The notes below the pieces were generated by a model, which saw only the letters and a list, made by a program, of their open reading frames with translations, made no database searches and was not told the origin of the DNA. This document shows positions 27,565 to 37,674 of a stretch of DNA of 64,000 nucleotides, one piece after another. The position numbers were made by a program, and so were the translations under genes. Source of the DNA: Nibricoccus sp. (GTDB lineage Bacteria; Verrucomicrobiota; Verrucomicrobiia; Opitutales; Opitutaceae); assembly GCA_047602425.1 (NCBI GenBank), contig JASGHG010000001.1, positions 3,936,001 to 4,000,000 on the forward strand. Reading direction: 5' to 3'. Each line of letters begins with the position of its first letter. The first letter of the stretch is position 1.

Positions 27565-30500
27565 TCATCGCCAATTGAGGCCAAGGTTGTTCAATTCATT
27601 CCTCAGTTCCTGGAGGTTCCAGAGGACGAGGGAATTGTCCAAGCCATGCAGCGCCAGTTGCGAACCGTCGGGTGAAAATTTAAGTCGGCTGGCAGTCGCG
27701 GGGAGAATACGCTGCTCCAGCATCGCGAGCAGTTCTCCGGAGGGCAGCGCGAGGATTGCAGTCTGATCGAGTATCCGCACGGCTAAGAACCGTTCATCGT
27801 AAGAGAATGAAATGGCCGATGCTTTCTCCTCAATTTCGCGGGGTAATGCGGGGCCTTTGGTCCAATGCTCGGTTTCCCAAAGGATATTTTCGGATTTCCC
27901 CGTCACGCCCAGCCATCGACCGCTGGGACTGAAGGTGATTGTACCTCCTTGGACGCCCGAGAGCTCAGCGATTTTTTCAGCTGTGGCTAACGACCAGATG
28001 GTGTGCGTGCGATTTAGATAGGCTATGACGGCCCATTTTTTATTGGGGCTTATCGCGAGGTCTTGGATCGCTTGGGCGTTGTCCACGCAAAGAAGGGTTT
28101 TGCCTGTGGCGTGGTCCCAGACGATGCCCTTGGTCTCTTTATCGGAAGTCAGGCCGAAATAGGCGGAGCCATCGTAGGATGCCGCGCCGAATGCGTAGGT
28201 CGCCCACTCTGACTGTGGGTCGCCGAGCGATATTTCGAACTTCTCGCCTTTATACGAATACCGATGGAAAGAGAGCCCTGACTTGCGGGAAAGCACAGCC
28301 AGTGTCTGGTTGTCGGCGAGAAACCGGAGAGAAGTCTGGGTCGCGGAGGGGAGGGATATCGTGGACAGAGGCAATCCTTTCTTTGCGTCAACTATTTGAA
28401 CGGAATTGATGGATGCCCTGGCGAGAAGCTTCGAGTCGGGAGAAAAATCGAGAGAGCTGACTTTTTGCGTTTGTTCGTTGGTTGAGGACGGTGCAAATGT
28501 CATGCAGATCCGGCGGAGCCCGACGATTTCGTTAATTTTGGCGGACTGGCCCGAAAACGTGCCGAGAAATCGGTCATCGGGAGAAAAGTTGGCAGCGCTC
28601 TCGGAGCCGTGGCCCGCGGCTTCAACCAGTTGAGTCAAGGTTCGCACGTCCCAAAGACGCAGAGTGAATTCGCCCGAATTGGAGACGATCATGTCGCTCC
28701 GATGATTGAAGGCGATTTTTGCTGGCGGCTGGCGATGTCCAATCAACGATCCGACATTTTGCCAGTCGCTTGTGCGAAAGATTTGGATTGAGTAATCGGA
28801 GCAACCAACGGCCAGCCACTGCAAATCGGGACTCCAAGCGAAGCAACTCGGATACGAATTCAACGCCACCTTTGCAACGGGCTCGTCGTCTTTGAAAGAC
28901 CAGAGGTAGAAAAATTTCTCTTTGTAAGGGACCTGTGTCGGAATGGGAGCGTCGAACACTGCAAGTCGATTGTCGGGAGAGATGGCAATTTGTTCTGGAT
29001 GGATGGTTTTGGTTGTGGCGATTGTTTTGGCCGTGAGCAGGTCGATCACGTCAACGCCGTCGCTCGAGCCCAGGGATAGCAACGTCTCGTCCTGCGAGAA
29101 CATGCAATCGGCCGAGGTGTATCCGATCTGGCGGGGAATTTTCCGGTTTGGAAAAAGGGCAACTCGACGTCCTGTGGCGCACTCATAAATGTACACGGCG
29201 TCGTCAGTACAACGGGCCGCAAGGTAGCGGGTGCCGCTGTGGATCAATGAGAGTATGGGCTTGCCCGCGCCTTTGATTATGCGCTGAGACTCGCCATTTT
29301 TTAGGCTCAGGATATTGATGTCTCCCTCCTCGGTGGCGACTGCAACGGTTTCGAGTTTTGTGTCGAACGCAGAGGGTTGTTGAAGGGGGGCTTTGCGAAC
29401 TTTGAGGGACTTTGTTGTTTTGACGTCGACCAGCGTGAGGGCCGCGATGGCTTCATTGCGAAGCTCGATGCTGGGGCGGATCGCGGCGGCCTTTTTAATC
29501 GCTTCGAGGGCTTCGATGCGATGGCCGGCCTGGTTGGTCATGCGCGAGGCGCGGGCTTGGGCGAGGAGGGCATTATAGAGCTGTTCCACCGCGTCTTTTT
29601 CGGCGATGACGGCGCGTTTGCGCGCGGCGTTGATGTTGATGGCCGCGATGGTCGAACCAACGGCCAGAGCCGTGATGGCGGCGGCGAGGACGGCGCCGAG
29701 GGTGGCGGGCAAAGGATTGCGGCGGGCCCAACGCCAGAGTTGTTCGGCGGCGCTGACGGGACGGGCGCGGATTGGGCGGCCTTCGATCCAGTTTTCAAGA
29801 TCCTGGGCGAGCGCGAGGGCTGTTTTGTATCTGGCCTCAGGTTCGCGTTCGAGGGCCTTGAGGCAGATGATCTCCAGATCGCGTGGAGTGTGGTTGACGA
29901 TGGAAGATGGTTTGGCTGGGGTGCACTCGGACGCCTGCCGGAGGGTGTCGATGACGGATTCGCCGACGAACGGAGGGCGGCCGGTGAGAAGTTCGTAGAG
30001 AATGGCGCCGAGGCTGTAGATGTCGGCGGCGGTGGTGAGGCCTTTTTTTCCGCTGGCCTGTTCGGGTGCGATGTAGTGCGGCGTGCCCAGCACGGCGGAA
30101 GTGATGGTGAGGCGGCGATCGTCTTCGATCCATTTGGCGAGGCCGAAATCGCAGACATAGGGTTCGCCTGCGTCATCGAGGAGGATGTTGCCGGGCTTGA
30201 GATCGCGATGGAGGATGCCGTGCTCGTGGGCATGCTGGATGCCCCGGGAAATCTTGGCGAGAAGCTCGGCGCACTGGCGTGGATTGCCGAGATATTCGGG
30301 AAGGCGTTGCGCGAGGCTGCCGCCCGTGGCGAGCTTCATGCTGAAGAATGGAATACCGTCGTGCTCGCCGACCTCGTGAATGGGAAGAATATTGCGGTGA
30401 TCGAGACTGGTGACAGCGCGGACTTCGGAGCGGAAGCGTTTGACCAAATCGGGCTCGTCGAGGTGATGCGCCTGAAGGATTTTCAGCGCGACGGTACGGC

Positions 30501-30750
30501 CGGTCACGTGGTCGCGGGCACGATAAACGGTGCCCATGCCGCCGCGGCCGAGTTCCTCGATGATATCAAAATGCGAGAACGCGCGGCCGAGCGACGGCGC
30601 GGGTTTTTCGTCCTCCCAGAACGCGTGTTCCTCGCCGCGGTCCTCCAAGTCGAGGGTGTTGGTGAGCAGGCAGGAGGGGCAAAGGCCGTCCAATTTTTCC
30701 GAGACAAAAACGAGTCCGCAGCGATGGCAGGTGCGTTCGGCTTTTGTCAT
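27565..30750 (-). CDS. Ser/Thr protein kinase with TM segment and WD40 beta-propeller
   Basis: GRGGMG, VALK, HRDLKPGN, DFGLAK, GTPHYIAPE; repeated FSPD/W-D motifs; N-terminal CxxC..CxxC. Confidence 0.93.
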   Translation of the reverse strand: MTKAERTCHRCGLVFVSEKLDGLCPSCLLTNTLDLEDRGEEHAFWEDEKPAPSLGRAFSHFDIIEELGRGGMGTVYRARDHVTGRTVALKILQAHHLDEPDLVKRFRSEVRAVTSLDHRNILPIHEVGEHDGIPFFSMKLATGGSLAQRLPEYLGNPRQCAELLAKISRGIQHAHEHGILHRDLKPGNILLDDAGEPYVCDFGLAKWIEDDRRLTITSAVLGTPHYIAPEQASGKKGLTTAADIYSLGAILYELLTGRPPFVGESVIDTLRQASECTPAKPSSIVNHTPRDLEIICLKALEREPEARYKTALALAQDLENWIEGRPIRARPVSAAEQLWRWARRNPLPATLGAVLAAAITALAVGSTIAAININAARKRAVIAEKDAVEQLYNALLAQARASRMTNQAGHRIEALEAIKKAAAIRPSIELRNEAIAALTLVDVKTTKSLKVRKAPLQQPSAFDTKLETVAVATEEGDINILSLKNGESQRIIKGAGKPILSLIHSGTRYLAARCTDDAVYIYECATGRRVALFPNRKIPRQIGYTSADCMFSQDETLLSLGSSDGVDVIDLLTAKTIATTKTIHPEQIAISPDNRLAVFDAPIPTQVPYKEKFFYLWSFKDDEPVAKVALNSYPSCFAWSPDLQWLAVGCSDYSIQIFRTSDWQNVGSLIGHRQPPAKIAFNHRSDMIVSNSGEFTLRLWDVRTLTQLVEAAGHGSESAANFSPDDRFLGTFSGQSAKINEIVGLRRICMTFAPSSTNEQTQKVSSLDFSPDSKLLARASINSVQIVDAKKGLPLSTISLPSATQTSLRFLADNQTLAVLSRKSGLSFHRYSYKGEKFEISLGDPQSEWATYAFGAASYDGSAYFGLTSDKETKGIVWDHATGKTLLCVDNAQAIQDLAISPNKKWAVIAYLNRTHTIWSLATAEKIAELSGVQGGTITFSPSGRWLGVTGKSENILWETEHWTKGPALPREIEEKASAISFSYDERFLAVRILDQTAILALPSGELLAMLEQRILPATASRLKFSPDGSQLALHGLDNSLVLWNLQELRNELNNLGLNWR

Positions 30751-30774
30751 GATGGGCGAGACACTCTGGATGGG

Positions 30775-31536
30775 TCAGCTGGTTGGCTTCGCAAGGACCG
30801 TCCGCAGGTGGCGCATTTCCTCGTCAATCTGGTCGGGGGAATCGACGGTCTTGGCGACTTCGCGGCGGAGGTGGGTGCGGAATTCGTGACGCAGACGGTG
30901 GACGCCGGTGCGCAGCGCGCCGGAAGACTGGTTGAGCGTGGCCGCGGCGTTTTCGTAGGCGCCAGCGGAAGGTTCGTCGACGAGGAAGGTTTTGAGGATG
31001 TTGAAAACGTCGCGTTTGCCTTTGCGGGCGAAATCTTTTTCCAGCTGGACGAGCGCGACCTCGACCGCGGCGACGGCCCATTCGCGTTCGAAAACGGCTT
31101 CCGCTGGCACGGGGGAGGCGGACTGGGAGGATTCGAATTTCAGCAAAACCTCCTGGTCGTCGATCGAGACCGGTTGGGACCCGCCGCCTCGTTTTTGGGC
31201 GCTATTGCGGGCGACCTCATTGGCCATGTGGTGCTGAAGCGACGCGAGCAGGTAGTTGCGAAATTTTCCCTTAAGCGGATCGGCCCGGGAGAGGGACTTG
31301 TTTTCGATCAAATGAAGGAAAAAGTTTTGGATGGTATCTTGTGCGTGGTGATGGTCGAGGCCACGCCGGCGAGCGAAGGAATAGAGCGGCTGCCAGTAGG
31401 TGCGACAAAGCTCGGCCAGGGCTTCGCCGGCGCCGGGAGCCTGGGTCTTCGCGGAAGCCAGCACGACGCTCCAACGGGTTGGCTCAAAGCGGGCCTGCGC
31501 GGATTTATTGGGCGTAAGCGGTGCGTCGTTATCCAC
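30775..31536 (-). CDS. ECF-type sigma-70 factor (kinase-associated, PVC type)
   Basis: FEPTRWSVV, ALAELCRTYWQPLY, AQDTIQNFF, KFRNYLL, region-4 HTH VHRLR; GTG start inferred. Confidence 0.88.
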   Translation of the reverse strand: MDNDAPLTPNKSAQARFEPTRWSVVLASAKTQAPGAGEALAELCRTYWQPLYSFARRRGLDHHHAQDTIQNFFLHLIENKSLSRADPLKGKFRNYLLASLQHHMANEVARNSAQKRGGGSQPVSIDDQEVLLKFESSQSASPVPAEAVFEREWAVAAVEVALVQLEKDFARKGKRDVFNILKTFLVDEPSAGAYENAAATLNQSSGALRTGVHRLRHEFRTHLRREVAKTVDSPDQIDEEMRHLRTVLAKPTS

Positions 31537-31776
31537 AGTGCGCACTGTGCAAACTAATCTCGCGATTGTCGATAGACGACTTGGTCGTGAAATTGCATAT
31601 AAATGGACACGGCGGAACGGGGCTGAATGGCCCAACTGTTGTGTGTCCGGTTGTCGCTGGAATCGCGGCTTGCGCACATATAGGTATTACGAATTCCGCG
31701 CTTTGTGTTACAAAGTTTCCGCAAAAATATGCGCCGCCGGCCACGTGGCGGGCAGGGAGTTGGGTTTTACGACTGT

Positions 31777-32601
31777 CTAGCGAACAAAAAACGGATTGTT
31801 GCGCCGTTCCTGGGCCACGGTCGTCAACGGCCCATGGCCGCAGGCGAGCATGGTGTCGTTGGGCAAAGTCATGATTTTTTTTATGTTGTTCTCGTAGGCG
31901 TCGGCGAAGGCGGTCGCGGTTCCACCCATCGAACAGGAGAACATCGAATCACCCACCACCGCCAAAGGCCAGGAGAGTCCTGTCACAAAATAGGTCGTGC
32001 CGCCCGGCGAGTGGCCCCAAGTCGATAGCGTCTTGACGGACATGGGCCCCACGTGGAAAAAAGCGTTTTCGGCAAAAGTTTTGGCACCGGGAAGCGAAAC
32101 CGGTTCGCGCTCGCTCGCCCAGACTTCGCCCTTGGTTTCGGCCGCCAGCCGCGGCAGATCCGCGATGTGGTCCTCGTGGGTGTGGGTCAGGAAAATGTAG
32201 CGGACGTTCAGGCGATATTCACGGATGAATTCCAGCATGGGTTCGCAAGTGGCGCCCGTATCGAAGACCGCGGCGTGGCGCGACCGATCGTCCCAAATGA
32301 TATAGCTGTTCACGGTCATGTCGTCCATCGGGGTGTTGAACGCCGTGAAACCCGTCGGAAAAACGGGAACCTGCGGATACCATTTTTTCTCCGCGAGGCG
32401 GACGAGGGCATCTCGATTCAAACGGAGATGGCTGGCGACCCGTCGCGCAACCGCTTCATTAAATTGACCGGCTTTCAGCGCTGCGACATCGCCGGGGCGG
32501 ACATCGGCGCGGCGGGCGAGTTCGACGTCGTCGATTCCAAGGCCGCGTTGGGCCTTGGCGATAACGTCGTTGAAATTATCTTCTAGCGGGATGCGTCCCA
32601 T
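31777..32601 (-). CDS. MBL-fold metallo-hydrolase with N-terminal HTH-like extension
   Basis: THTHEDH, GHSPGG, GDSMF, GHGP..T...ERRNNPF. Confidence 0.9.
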   Translation of the reverse strand: MGRIPLEDNFNDVIAKAQRGLGIDDVELARRADVRPGDVAALKAGQFNEAVARRVASHLRLNRDALVRLAEKKWYPQVPVFPTGFTAFNTPMDDMTVNSYIIWDDRSRHAAVFDTGATCEPMLEFIREYRLNVRYIFLTHTHEDHIADLPRLAAETKGEVWASEREPVSLPGAKTFAENAFFHVGPMSVKTLSTWGHSPGGTTYFVTGLSWPLAVVGDSMFSCSMGGTATAFADAYENNIKKIMTLPNDTMLACGHGPLTTVAQERRNNPFFVR

Positions 32602-32734
32602 GCGTGCGAGCTAGCGCAAGCGGCCCGGCGGGCGCAAGCGCAATGCCTTGCAGACAGATTTAACGTTCCGCGAACGACTCGTGTCCGCTTTGCCTTGCCA
32701 GCCACCCACAGAGTACGTTTTCTGCCATTCCCCC

Positions 32735-33520
32735 ATGAATCCTTCCGAATACCTAACATCCTTATTTTCTCTAACCGGCAAAGTCGCTGTGGTCATCGGT
32801 GGCACCGGCGAACTTTGCGGCGCCATGGCTGAAGGCATGGCCGGTGCCGGCGCCGAAGTCGTCATCGTTGGCCGCAGCAAAGAAAAGGCCGATGCCCGCA
32901 TCGCCAAGATCCAGGCCGCGGGAGGCAAAGCCTATTTCGTCGCCACGGAGGCGAGCAGCAAAACCGAGCTCGAACAGCTCCTGAAAACTGTCCTCGAGAA
33001 ATCGGGGAAGGTCGATATCGTCGTCAATGGCGCCGGCGTTAATTCCGCCACGCCTTACTTTGAGATCACGGAGGACGAATTCGAGCGCATCATGAAGATC
33101 AATTTGAAGGGCGTTTTTCTCGGTTGCCAAGTGTTCGGCAAGTACCTTGTCGATCGCGGACAGGGCGGTTCGATCATCAACCTTGGCTCAATGTCGGGCG
33201 TGGTGCCGCTCTCGCGGGTTTTCACCTATTCCGCGAGCAAAGCCGCTGTCCACAACCTTTCGCTCAACCTCGCGCGCGAATGGGCCACGAAAAACGTCCG
33301 CGTCAACGTCCTTGTGCCCGGTTTCTTCCCGGCCGAGCAAAACCGCAAGATTCTCAGCCCCGAACGCGTGGCCAGCATCATGGGTCATACCCCGATGAAA
33401 CGTTTCGGCGAAGCCAAGGAGCTGATTGGCGCGACCTTGCTCCTCGCGAGCGACGCCGGCTCATTCGTCACCGGTGATGAAATTATCGTCGACGGCGGTT
33501 ATCACGCGATGACGATTTGA
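32735..33520 (+). CDS. SDR family oxidoreductase (sugar acid dehydrogenase-like)
   Basis: GGTGELC, VNGAG, YSASK, TPMKRFG, VDGG. Confidence 0.92.
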   Translation: MNPSEYLTSLFSLTGKVAVVIGGTGELCGAMAEGMAGAGAEVVIVGRSKEKADARIAKIQAAGGKAYFVATEASSKTELEQLLKTVLEKSGKVDIVVNGAGVNSATPYFEITEDEFERIMKINLKGVFLGCQVFGKYLVDRGQGGSIINLGSMSGVVPLSRVFTYSASKAAVHNLSLNLAREWATKNVRVNVLVPGFFPAEQNRKILSPERVASIMGHTPMKRFGEAKELIGATLLLASDAGSFVTGDEIIVDGGYHAMTI

Positions 33521-33540
33521 GGTTGATGAATTTTTGTTAT

Positions 33541-33576
33541 AAGGCCGGAAGCTTTCGGGGCTTCCGGCCTTTTTTC
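33541..33576 (+). terminator. Intrinsic terminator
   Basis: AAGGCCGGAAGC-loop-GCTTCCGGCCTT followed by a T tract. Confidence 0.85.
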
Positions 33577-33782
33577 TATCTATTGATCGGATCGGGCCTT
33601 CAGGTGGAGAGTGTAGATTGCCGACTCGATTTTCATACGACTCTAACGTGAGATCTTACTGTAGGAATCGACGCAATATAACTACCTACTAGAATACTAC
33701 ACCTGATGTATGCAGATGACTAAATTGAAGTATCAAATATAACACTTGCGTCTTTGTTAAGTTTATATTGGATTTCCCGCCT

Positions 33783-34154
33783 ATGGTTACTGATAATGTT
33801 AAACAACTCCAAGCCGCCAGAGCGAAGGTGGCCGCACTCGAGCAGTCCATTGCCAAGGAACGGACGCAAAAATTGGCCAAACTGCCCGCCCAACTCGGCT
33901 TCGACAGCGTTGCTGATTTGATCGATGCTCTCAAACAGGTTGCTGGCGGTCGCAAGGCCGGCAAATCCGTCAAGGCCGGCAAATCCGGCAAACGTGCCAA
34001 GCGCGCGAAGATCACCCCCGAGGTGAAGGACAAGGTCAAGGAGGCCGTCAAGGCCGGCAAGACCGGCGCCGTGATCGCCAAGGATCTCGGCATCTCCCTC
34101 CCGAGCGTGCAGAACATCAAGAAAGAACTCGGCCTCGTCAAAAAACGCGGTTGA
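33783..34154 (+). CDS. Small basic DNA-binding protein (coiled-coil + Lys-rich linker + HTH)
   Basis: N-terminal amphipathic helix, KAGKS repeats, C-terminal HTH TGAVIAKDLGISLPSVQNIKK; followed by a terminator. Confidence 0.8.
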   Translation: MVTDNVKQLQAARAKVAALEQSIAKERTQKLAKLPAQLGFDSVADLIDALKQVAGGRKAGKSVKAGKSGKRAKRAKITPEVKDKVKEAVKAGKTGAVIAKDLGISLPSVQNIKKELGLVKKRG

Positions 34155-34176
34155 TCCAACGTCAGTCTTTCAATCC

Positions 34177-34205
34177 AGCCCCCGGAAAAACCGGGGGCTT
34201 TTTTT
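34177..34205 (+). terminator. Intrinsic terminator
   Basis: AGCCCCCGG-AAAAA-CCGGGGGCT followed by a T tract. Confidence 0.88.
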
Positions 34206-34259
34206 CGCCCTTGCCTGAAGGGCCGTAACGCGAGTGCATGGGACAACGGCTGGCAAAAT

Positions 34260-35163
34260 ATGAACGCTTATATTCAGGCCAATACAAACGGACGCCTCCA
34301 TTCGGCTGACGAGCCGTCGATTTCCCCGCTGAATCGTGGTTTTTTGTACGGCGATGCCATTTATGAAGTCTGGCGCACCTACCACGGCGTGGTTTTCGCC
34401 TGGCTGGAGCACGAACGTCGTCTCGAACGCTCCGCGCAGGCTTTGCATTTGAATCTGCCTTTTGCCGCTGAGCAGATGTTCGGTGAAATCAAAAAAACTT
34501 CCGAGGCATTTCGCGCGCGGGTGCCCTCGGCGGAGGAACTCTATATTCGCGTTCAAGTGACGCGTGGCACGGGCCAAATTGGACTCGATACCGCACTTGC
34601 CGAGAAAACCGACTTTACGATTCTCGTGCAGAAAAACGCGATTTTTCCACCGGAGAAGCTCGCCGCCGGGCTGCGTCTTTCCCTGGCCGATTTGCGGCGT
34701 AATCCGCCTGAGGCCCTCAATCCCGCGTGGAAGACAGGCAACTATCTCAACAATATACTTTGCTTGCGCGAGGCCCGGGCGCGCGGAGCCGATGAGGTTG
34801 TTATCGCCAACCTGGCAGGCGAAATCGCCGAAGCGGCGGTTAGTAATATCGCATTCATACGCGACGGCGTGGTGGTCACGCCACCGCTTTCCGCGGGCAT
34901 TCTCGCCGGCATCACGAGGGAAATTCTGATCCGCGAGATCGCTCCCAAAGCGGGCGTGAAAGTAGTGGAAGAATCGATACGCCGACCTGCCGCGCATGCA
35001 GGAATGTTTTCTGCTTTCTTCCACCAAGGATCTGACGCCGGTTTCGGCAATCGACAATCATGCGTTCCATGTAGCACCTGATTCGGTAACGTTGCGCTTG
35101 AAAAAGGCGTTTTTGGACTACGCGAGGTCGTACGCTCGATCGCATCCTGAACTAAAATTGTAG
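34260..35163 (+). pseudogene. Class IV aminotransferase, frameshifted near 34980
   Basis: RGFLYGDAIYE, RLERSA, WKTGNYL, GILAGITR; the family-like C-terminus (ADLPRMQECFLLSSTKDLTPV...PELKL*) continues in another frame to TAG at 35163. Confidence 0.8.
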
Positions 35164-35233
35164 ACGGCGGAGGTGGTCCCTCGCGCAAAAGGCGTTGCGC
35201 TGACCAGTCGCCTGGCCATCGTTTTCAACTCAC

Positions 35234-36322
35234 ATGCCGCAAAAATTCGTCGTCATCATTGCCGGTGGAAAAGGAGAGCGCTTCTGGCCGCAAAGCCGCG
35301 CCCGCCGCCCCAAGCATCTGCTGCCCATCGTCGGGAAAAAACCGCTGCTGGTGCAAACGCTCGATCGCGTGAAATCGCTCGTGCCGGCGAAGAATATTTT
35401 TGTCATCACCAGCGCGATCCAGGAGGACGCGGTGCGCGAAGTCTGCTCCAAACTTCCGAAGGGAAACATTATTGCCGAACCAGTTGGCCGCGACACGGCG
35501 CCTGCGGTTGGGCTGGCGGCGGCCATTGTCGGTGCGCGCGACCCGAACGGCGTGTTTGCCGTGTTACCGGCGGACCACGTGATCCATGACGCGAAGTCCT
35601 ATCAACGCGATCTGCGCGCAGCATTTGCCGCCGCGGAATCTGCATCGATGATGGTAACCATCGGCATCGCGCCCACCGAGCCCGCGACGGGTTTTGGCTA
35701 TATCCAGCGAGGCGAGGTTTGGCGGAATTTCGAAGGTTTCGCGGTTTATAAAGTGAAGCGTTTTGTCGAAAAACCGACCTTGGAGGTGGCGAAAGGTTAC
35801 ATCGCTGGTGGCGACTACATGTGGAATGCCGGCATGTTTGTCTGGAGCGTCCCCGTAGTGGAGTCCGCGCTGGCGCAGCACGCTCCTGAACTTCACGCCG
35901 GTTTCAATCCGATCCGTGCGGCGCTGGCCAAACGCAAGGCGCTCGCTCCGGTGCTGAAGAAAGCATACCCGAAGTTGGAAAAAATTTCGGTCGATTACGC
36001 GCTGCTCGAAAAATCCAGCAACGTGATTGTGCTGCCTTCGTCCTTCGACTGGGACGATGTTGGCGCTTGGCCGGCAGTGCCGAAACATTTTGAAAAAGAC
36101 GCGGCTGGCAACGTGACGCGTGGGCGGGCGATTGTTGAGGCGGGAAACAACAATATCGTTTTCTCCGAGGGAAATCATCTGCTCACGGTGCTGGGCGCGG
36201 ATGATTTAATTGTCGTGCATATGCCGGATGCCACGCTAGTGGCCCCGAAATCGAAGGCGCAGGAAATCAAGTCGCTGCTCAAGCGCATCGAAGCCGAGAA
36301 GGACGGCAAACGCTGGTTGTAA
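35234..36322 (+). CDS. manC: Mannose-1-phosphate guanylyltransferase
   Basis: AGGKGERFWPQSR..PK, EPVGRDTAPA, PADH, FVEKP, WNAGMF, ISVDYA, WDDVGAW. Confidence 0.93.
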   Translation: MPQKFVVIIAGGKGERFWPQSRARRPKHLLPIVGKKPLLVQTLDRVKSLVPAKNIFVITSAIQEDAVREVCSKLPKGNIIAEPVGRDTAPAVGLAAAIVGARDPNGVFAVLPADHVIHDAKSYQRDLRAAFAAAESASMMVTIGIAPTEPATGFGYIQRGEVWRNFEGFAVYKVKRFVEKPTLEVAKGYIAGGDYMWNAGMFVWSVPVVESALAQHAPELHAGFNPIRAALAKRKALAPVLKKAYPKLEKISVDYALLEKSSNVIVLPSSFDWDDVGAWPAVPKHFEKDAAGNVTRGRAIVEAGNNNIVFSEGNHLLTVLGADDLIVVHMPDATLVAPKSKAQEIKSLLKRIEAEKDGKRWL

Positions 36323-36355
36323 GATGAAAATGGATACGCAAGCGCGCATTCCGAG

Positions 36356-36439
36356 GGTAGGGACGGCTCTCCGAGCCGTCCGTTGCTGTTGCCTACGATT
36401 AGAGTTGTGCAGCGGACGCCTCGGAGAGGCGTCCCTACC
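36356..36439. repeat. GTAG-type REP doublet (REPIN-like)
   Basis: GGTAGGGACGGCTCTCCGAGCCGTCCG and inverted CGGACGCCTCGGAGAGGCGTCCCTACC; each unit is an imperfect palindrome preceded by GTAG. Confidence 0.85.
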
Positions 36440-36459
36440 GACAGAGAGAGGCTTCTAGC

Positions 36460-36897
36460 ATGCGGTGTCTTGGCATCGACTATGGTTCGAAGCGCGTCGG
36501 TCTTAGCTACGGCGACGAGATCGGTGTCGCGACTCCATTGCCTGCGCTCATTGATGCGGACGCTACGAAACGTTGGGCCGCACTGGTCGCAGTAGTGAAG
36601 GCGCGGCGCGCGACGGATTTGGTTCTGGGGTTTCCCTACAATATGGACGGCTCGGTCGGCTTCAAAGGGAAGGAAGTTGAAGCGTTTGCCGAAAAACTAC
36701 GCAAAGAGTTCGGCCTCCCGGTGCATTTTGTCGATGAGCGGTTGACCTCGTATGAGGCGGAGGACTCGATTCCAAAAGCGAAGCGCCGCGACGTGCGGGC
36801 GAGCGGTTTGGTGGATTCGCGTGCCGCGACGATTATCTTGCAGGATTTCCTCGATCAAAAACTGCCGACGCCACCGCCGCTGGAGGAGGAACCGTGA
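36460..36897 (+). CDS. ruvX: RuvX/YqgF family nuclease
   Basis: LGIDYGSKRVGLS, GFP, DERLTS, VDSRAATIILQ. Confidence 0.93.
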   Translation: MRCLGIDYGSKRVGLSYGDEIGVATPLPALIDADATKRWAALVAVVKARRATDLVLGFPYNMDGSVGFKGKEVEAFAEKLRKEFGLPVHFVDERLTSYEAEDSIPKAKRRDVRASGLVDSRAATIILQDFLDQKLPTPPPLEEEP

Positions 36898-37673
36898 GTT
36901 CCGAAGTGCTGGCTGTGAAGAAAAACTTGTCCGCAGCTCAGCGTTGGAAATGTGTCTGTGCCTACGACGGAACGACCTTTGCCGGCTGGCAGAGCCAGCA
37001 CGGTGGAGGTGCGATTCAGGACGTAATCGAAGCGCGCTTGAAGCAGATGTTCGGCGAACTCATCCGCATTCACGCGAGCGGAAGGACGGATGCGGGTGTG
37101 CATGCTCACGGACAGGTTTTCCATTTCGACGCGGCGTGGAAACATGGACCGGAAAAATTGCGGGCGGCACTGTGCGCGGGCCTGCCATCGGCGATCCAGA
37201 TCAAAACGTTACGCATAGCCACGCAGGATTTTCACTCGCGATTTTCCGCGACGGGAAAGATCTACGAATACCATCTTTTTCTCGGCGACGCCGATCCTTT
37301 CACAAGGCCATTTGTGTGGACGATCGCAAAACCGCTCGATCTCGCGGCCATGCAAACGGCGACGGAGGTTTTGCAGGGAAAACACGATTTTCGCGCTTTT
37401 TCTGCGCTGAACGGTCCACCGAAGGAAGATACCGTGCGGGATTTGAGGCGATTTGAGCTGGTTCGGCGAGGACGCCGCGTTCGAATCGTCGCCGAAGCTG
37501 ACGGTTTTATGTACAAGATGGTTCGCAGCCTGGTGGGTGCGCTTGTGGCGGTGGGGGAGGGCAAGATGTCACCGCCTAAACTGCGTGAGATTCTGGAGTC
37601 GAAACAGCGGACGCCGCTCATCCAGACCGCGCCGCCGCAGGGATTGTTTTTGGTCAAAGTGCTGTATTCATAA
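36894..37673 (+). CDS. truA: tRNA pseudouridine(38-40) synthase
   Basis: YDGTTFAGWQ, SGRTDAGVHA, GKHDF, FMYKMVR, APPQGL. Confidence 0.95.
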   Translation: MSSEVLAVKKNLSAAQRWKCVCAYDGTTFAGWQSQHGGGAIQDVIEARLKQMFGELIRIHASGRTDAGVHAHGQVFHFDAAWKHGPEKLRAALCAGLPSAIQIKTLRIATQDFHSRFSATGKIYEYHLFLGDADPFTRPFVWTIAKPLDLAAMQTATEVLQGKHDFRAFSALNGPPKEDTVRDLRRFELVRRGRRVRIVAEADGFMYKMVRSLVGALVAVGEGKMSPPKLREILESKQRTPLIQTAPPQGLFLVKVLYS

Positions 37674-37674
37674 A

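Noticed and set aside
29377..31557. 726-aa plus-strand ORF
   Set aside because: Antisense to the kinase and sigma genes, which carry clear motifs.
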